DNA from: an uncultured Rickettsiales bacterium | Lineage (GTDB): Bacteria > Pseudomonadota > Alphaproteobacteria > RF32 > CAG-239 | Assembly: GCA_900551865.1 (NCBI GenBank) | Contig: URXV01000001.1 | Location: forward strand, 94,743-158,742 | Reading direction: 5' to 3' | DNA: 64,000 nucleotides | Part shown: positions 62,631-64,000 of the stretch, piece by piece | How the letters are laid out: the number at the start of each line of letters is the position of its first letter | Position numbering within the stretch: the first letter of the stretch is position 1 | The notes under the pieces: model-generated | What the model saw: only the letters and a program-made list of their open reading frames with translations | Databases searched by the model: none | Told to the model about the DNA's origin: nothing | Made by a program: the position numbers and the translations under genes

Positions 62631-64000
62631 TGGTTTTCTCCATAAGTCAGGTAGCCGTTGTTTTGCATTTGGCAGAGTTTGCGGAAGATGCCGTTCGGGC
62701 GGCTGAGGAGTTCGGCGGGAGAGCCGTCTTCGGCGATTTTCCCGTTATCAAGAACGATAATCCGGTTCATGTGGCGCAAGGTGGAAAGGCGGTGGGCGAC
62801 GGCGATGACGGTTTTATCCTTAATCAGGTTTTGCAGGGCTTTTTCAATCAGGGATTCAGACTGGCTGTCAAGCGCGGAGGTTGCTTCGTCCAGAATGAGC
62901 ACGGGCGCGTTTTGCAAAATGGCGCGGGCAATCGCAATACGTTGCCTCTCGCCGCCGGAAAGCAAAACGCCGCGTTCGCCGACGATGCTGTCGTATCCCT
63001 GGGGAAGTTTCATAATCGTATCGTGAATGCAGGCGAGGCGGGCGGCAGCGCGGATTTGTTCCATTGAGGCTCTGGGACTGGCGATGCGCAGGTTTTCGGT
63101 TATGGAACGGTTGAGCAGCGACGTATCCTGCGGAACGACGGCGATGTTCCGATGCAGGGAACGGAGCGTCAAATCCCTGATGTCGTTATGGTTAATGAGG
63201 ATTTTGCCGTTGGTAACGTCATAGGAGCGCAGGAGCAGGTTGACGAGGGTGGATTTGCCGGAGCCTGAATGTCCGACGAGGCCGATTTTCTGTCCGGGTT
63301 CTATCTTCAGATTAAGGTTTTGGAATACGGGGCGGCCTTTGACATAGGAGAAACTGACGTTTTGGAACGTGATTGACGCTTTTGACGTGCGCAGGGTTTT
63401 GGCGTTTTCTTTTTCGGAAATGTCCGGCGGGAGATTTATGACGTCAAAATTGGCTTTCAGGCCGCCGAACAGGTCGGCGCAGAACTGGCTGAAATTGTTA
63501 ATCAGCATAATTGAGATTACCATACCGGAAAGCGTGGTATAGACATAGAAAAGATTGTCAAGCGCGATATTGTCGCGTTTGGCAAAAAAGAGGATGAGAA
63601 GAACGCTGACGCTCAGGAATACCGTGTCTGCGGCATGAAAGGCGAAACGGGAAAAAGTCTGGTATTTTCCCTGCGCGGCATGCAGGCGGTAGGCCTCTTT
63701 GAGATGTTTGTAGAAATACAGCTGTTCGGTAAAGAATGAACCGGAGTATTTGACAAGGCCGGCGTTGGCAATGCTGTCTACCAGTATGCCGCGGGCTTTG
63801 TTTTCGGCTTTTGTTTTGTCGTTACTGAGGGTGAAGAAGCGGCGGTTGACTTTATAAACGGCAAAGAAGTACGGAATGTTTAACGCCAGCAGGGAAAGGC
63901 TTAACGCCGGACTGAAAGCGGCGATAATGGCAAACGATACAATCAGCGTGCAGAGCGGGCGCACCAGCATATAACAGGTGTCCGTAAACGCAGAAACCAG
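62627..64000 (-). CDS. ABC exporter permease/ATP-binding protein, partner of the preceding gene, 5' end outside the window
   Basis: NBD motifs GHSGSGKST, LSGGERQRI, LILDEATSALD. The frame stays open past nt 64000. It overlaps the downstream gene by 4 nt (translational coupling). Confidence 0.85.
   Translation of the reverse strand: MVSAFTDTCYMLVRPLCTLIVSFAIIAAFSPALSLSLLALNIPYFFAVYKVNRRFFTLSNDKTKAENKARGILVDSIANAGLVKYSGSFFTEQLYFYKHLKEAYRLHAAQGKYQTFSRFAFHAADTVFLSVSVLLILFFAKRDNIALDNLFYVYTTLSGMVISIMLINNFSQFCADLFGGLKANFDVINLPPDISEKENAKTLRTSKASITFQNVSFSYVKGRPVFQNLNLKIEPGQKIGLVGHSGSGKSTLVNLLLRSYDVTNGKILINHNDIRDLTLRSLHRNIAVVPQDTSLLNRSITENLRIASPRASMEQIRAAARLACIHDTIMKLPQGYDSIVGERGVLLSGGERQRIAIARAILQNAPVLILDEATSALDSQSESLIEKALQNLIKDKTVIAVAHRLSTLRHMNRIIVLDNGKIAEDGSPAELLSRPNGIFRKLCQMQNNGYLTYGENQ

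Overview
The window is a 64-kb chromosomal segment of a Gram-negative bacterium, roughly 50% GC. It is probably an alphaproteobacterium-like lineage: it has an HdaA-like protein, a CckA-like hybrid histidine kinase, and the tRNA-Trp–secE–nusG arrangement. I could not identify the species.

The region is dense with housekeeping genes: lepA, the class III ribonucleotide reductase genes nrdD and nrdG, gyrB, serS, trpS, rpsU, nusG, secE, rsfS, obg, rpmA, rplU, adk, pnp, rpsO, truB, pgm, a DD-carboxypeptidase and two tRNAs. It also holds a nearly complete S10-spc ribosomal protein cluster running from rpsJ to rplO, followed by a terminator where secY would normally sit.

Four regions look unusual:
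1. nrdD is cut by one in-frame TAG, so its glycyl-radical module sits on a separate 76-aa ORF.
2. A low-GC islet lies next to tRNA-His and has a highly structured leader in front of its first gene.
3. A divergent XRE / ParB-like gene pair flanks a perfect 20-bp palindromic operator that overlaps a near-consensus promoter.
4. An accessory cluster at 52-64 kb combines secreted and hypothetical proteins, GNAT and HD enzymes, a small ORF with a strong ribosome-binding site (RBS), tandem direct repeats, and three ABC exporter genes, one carrying an internal 42-nt tandem repeat.

I found no rRNA, CRISPR array, integrase or transposase.
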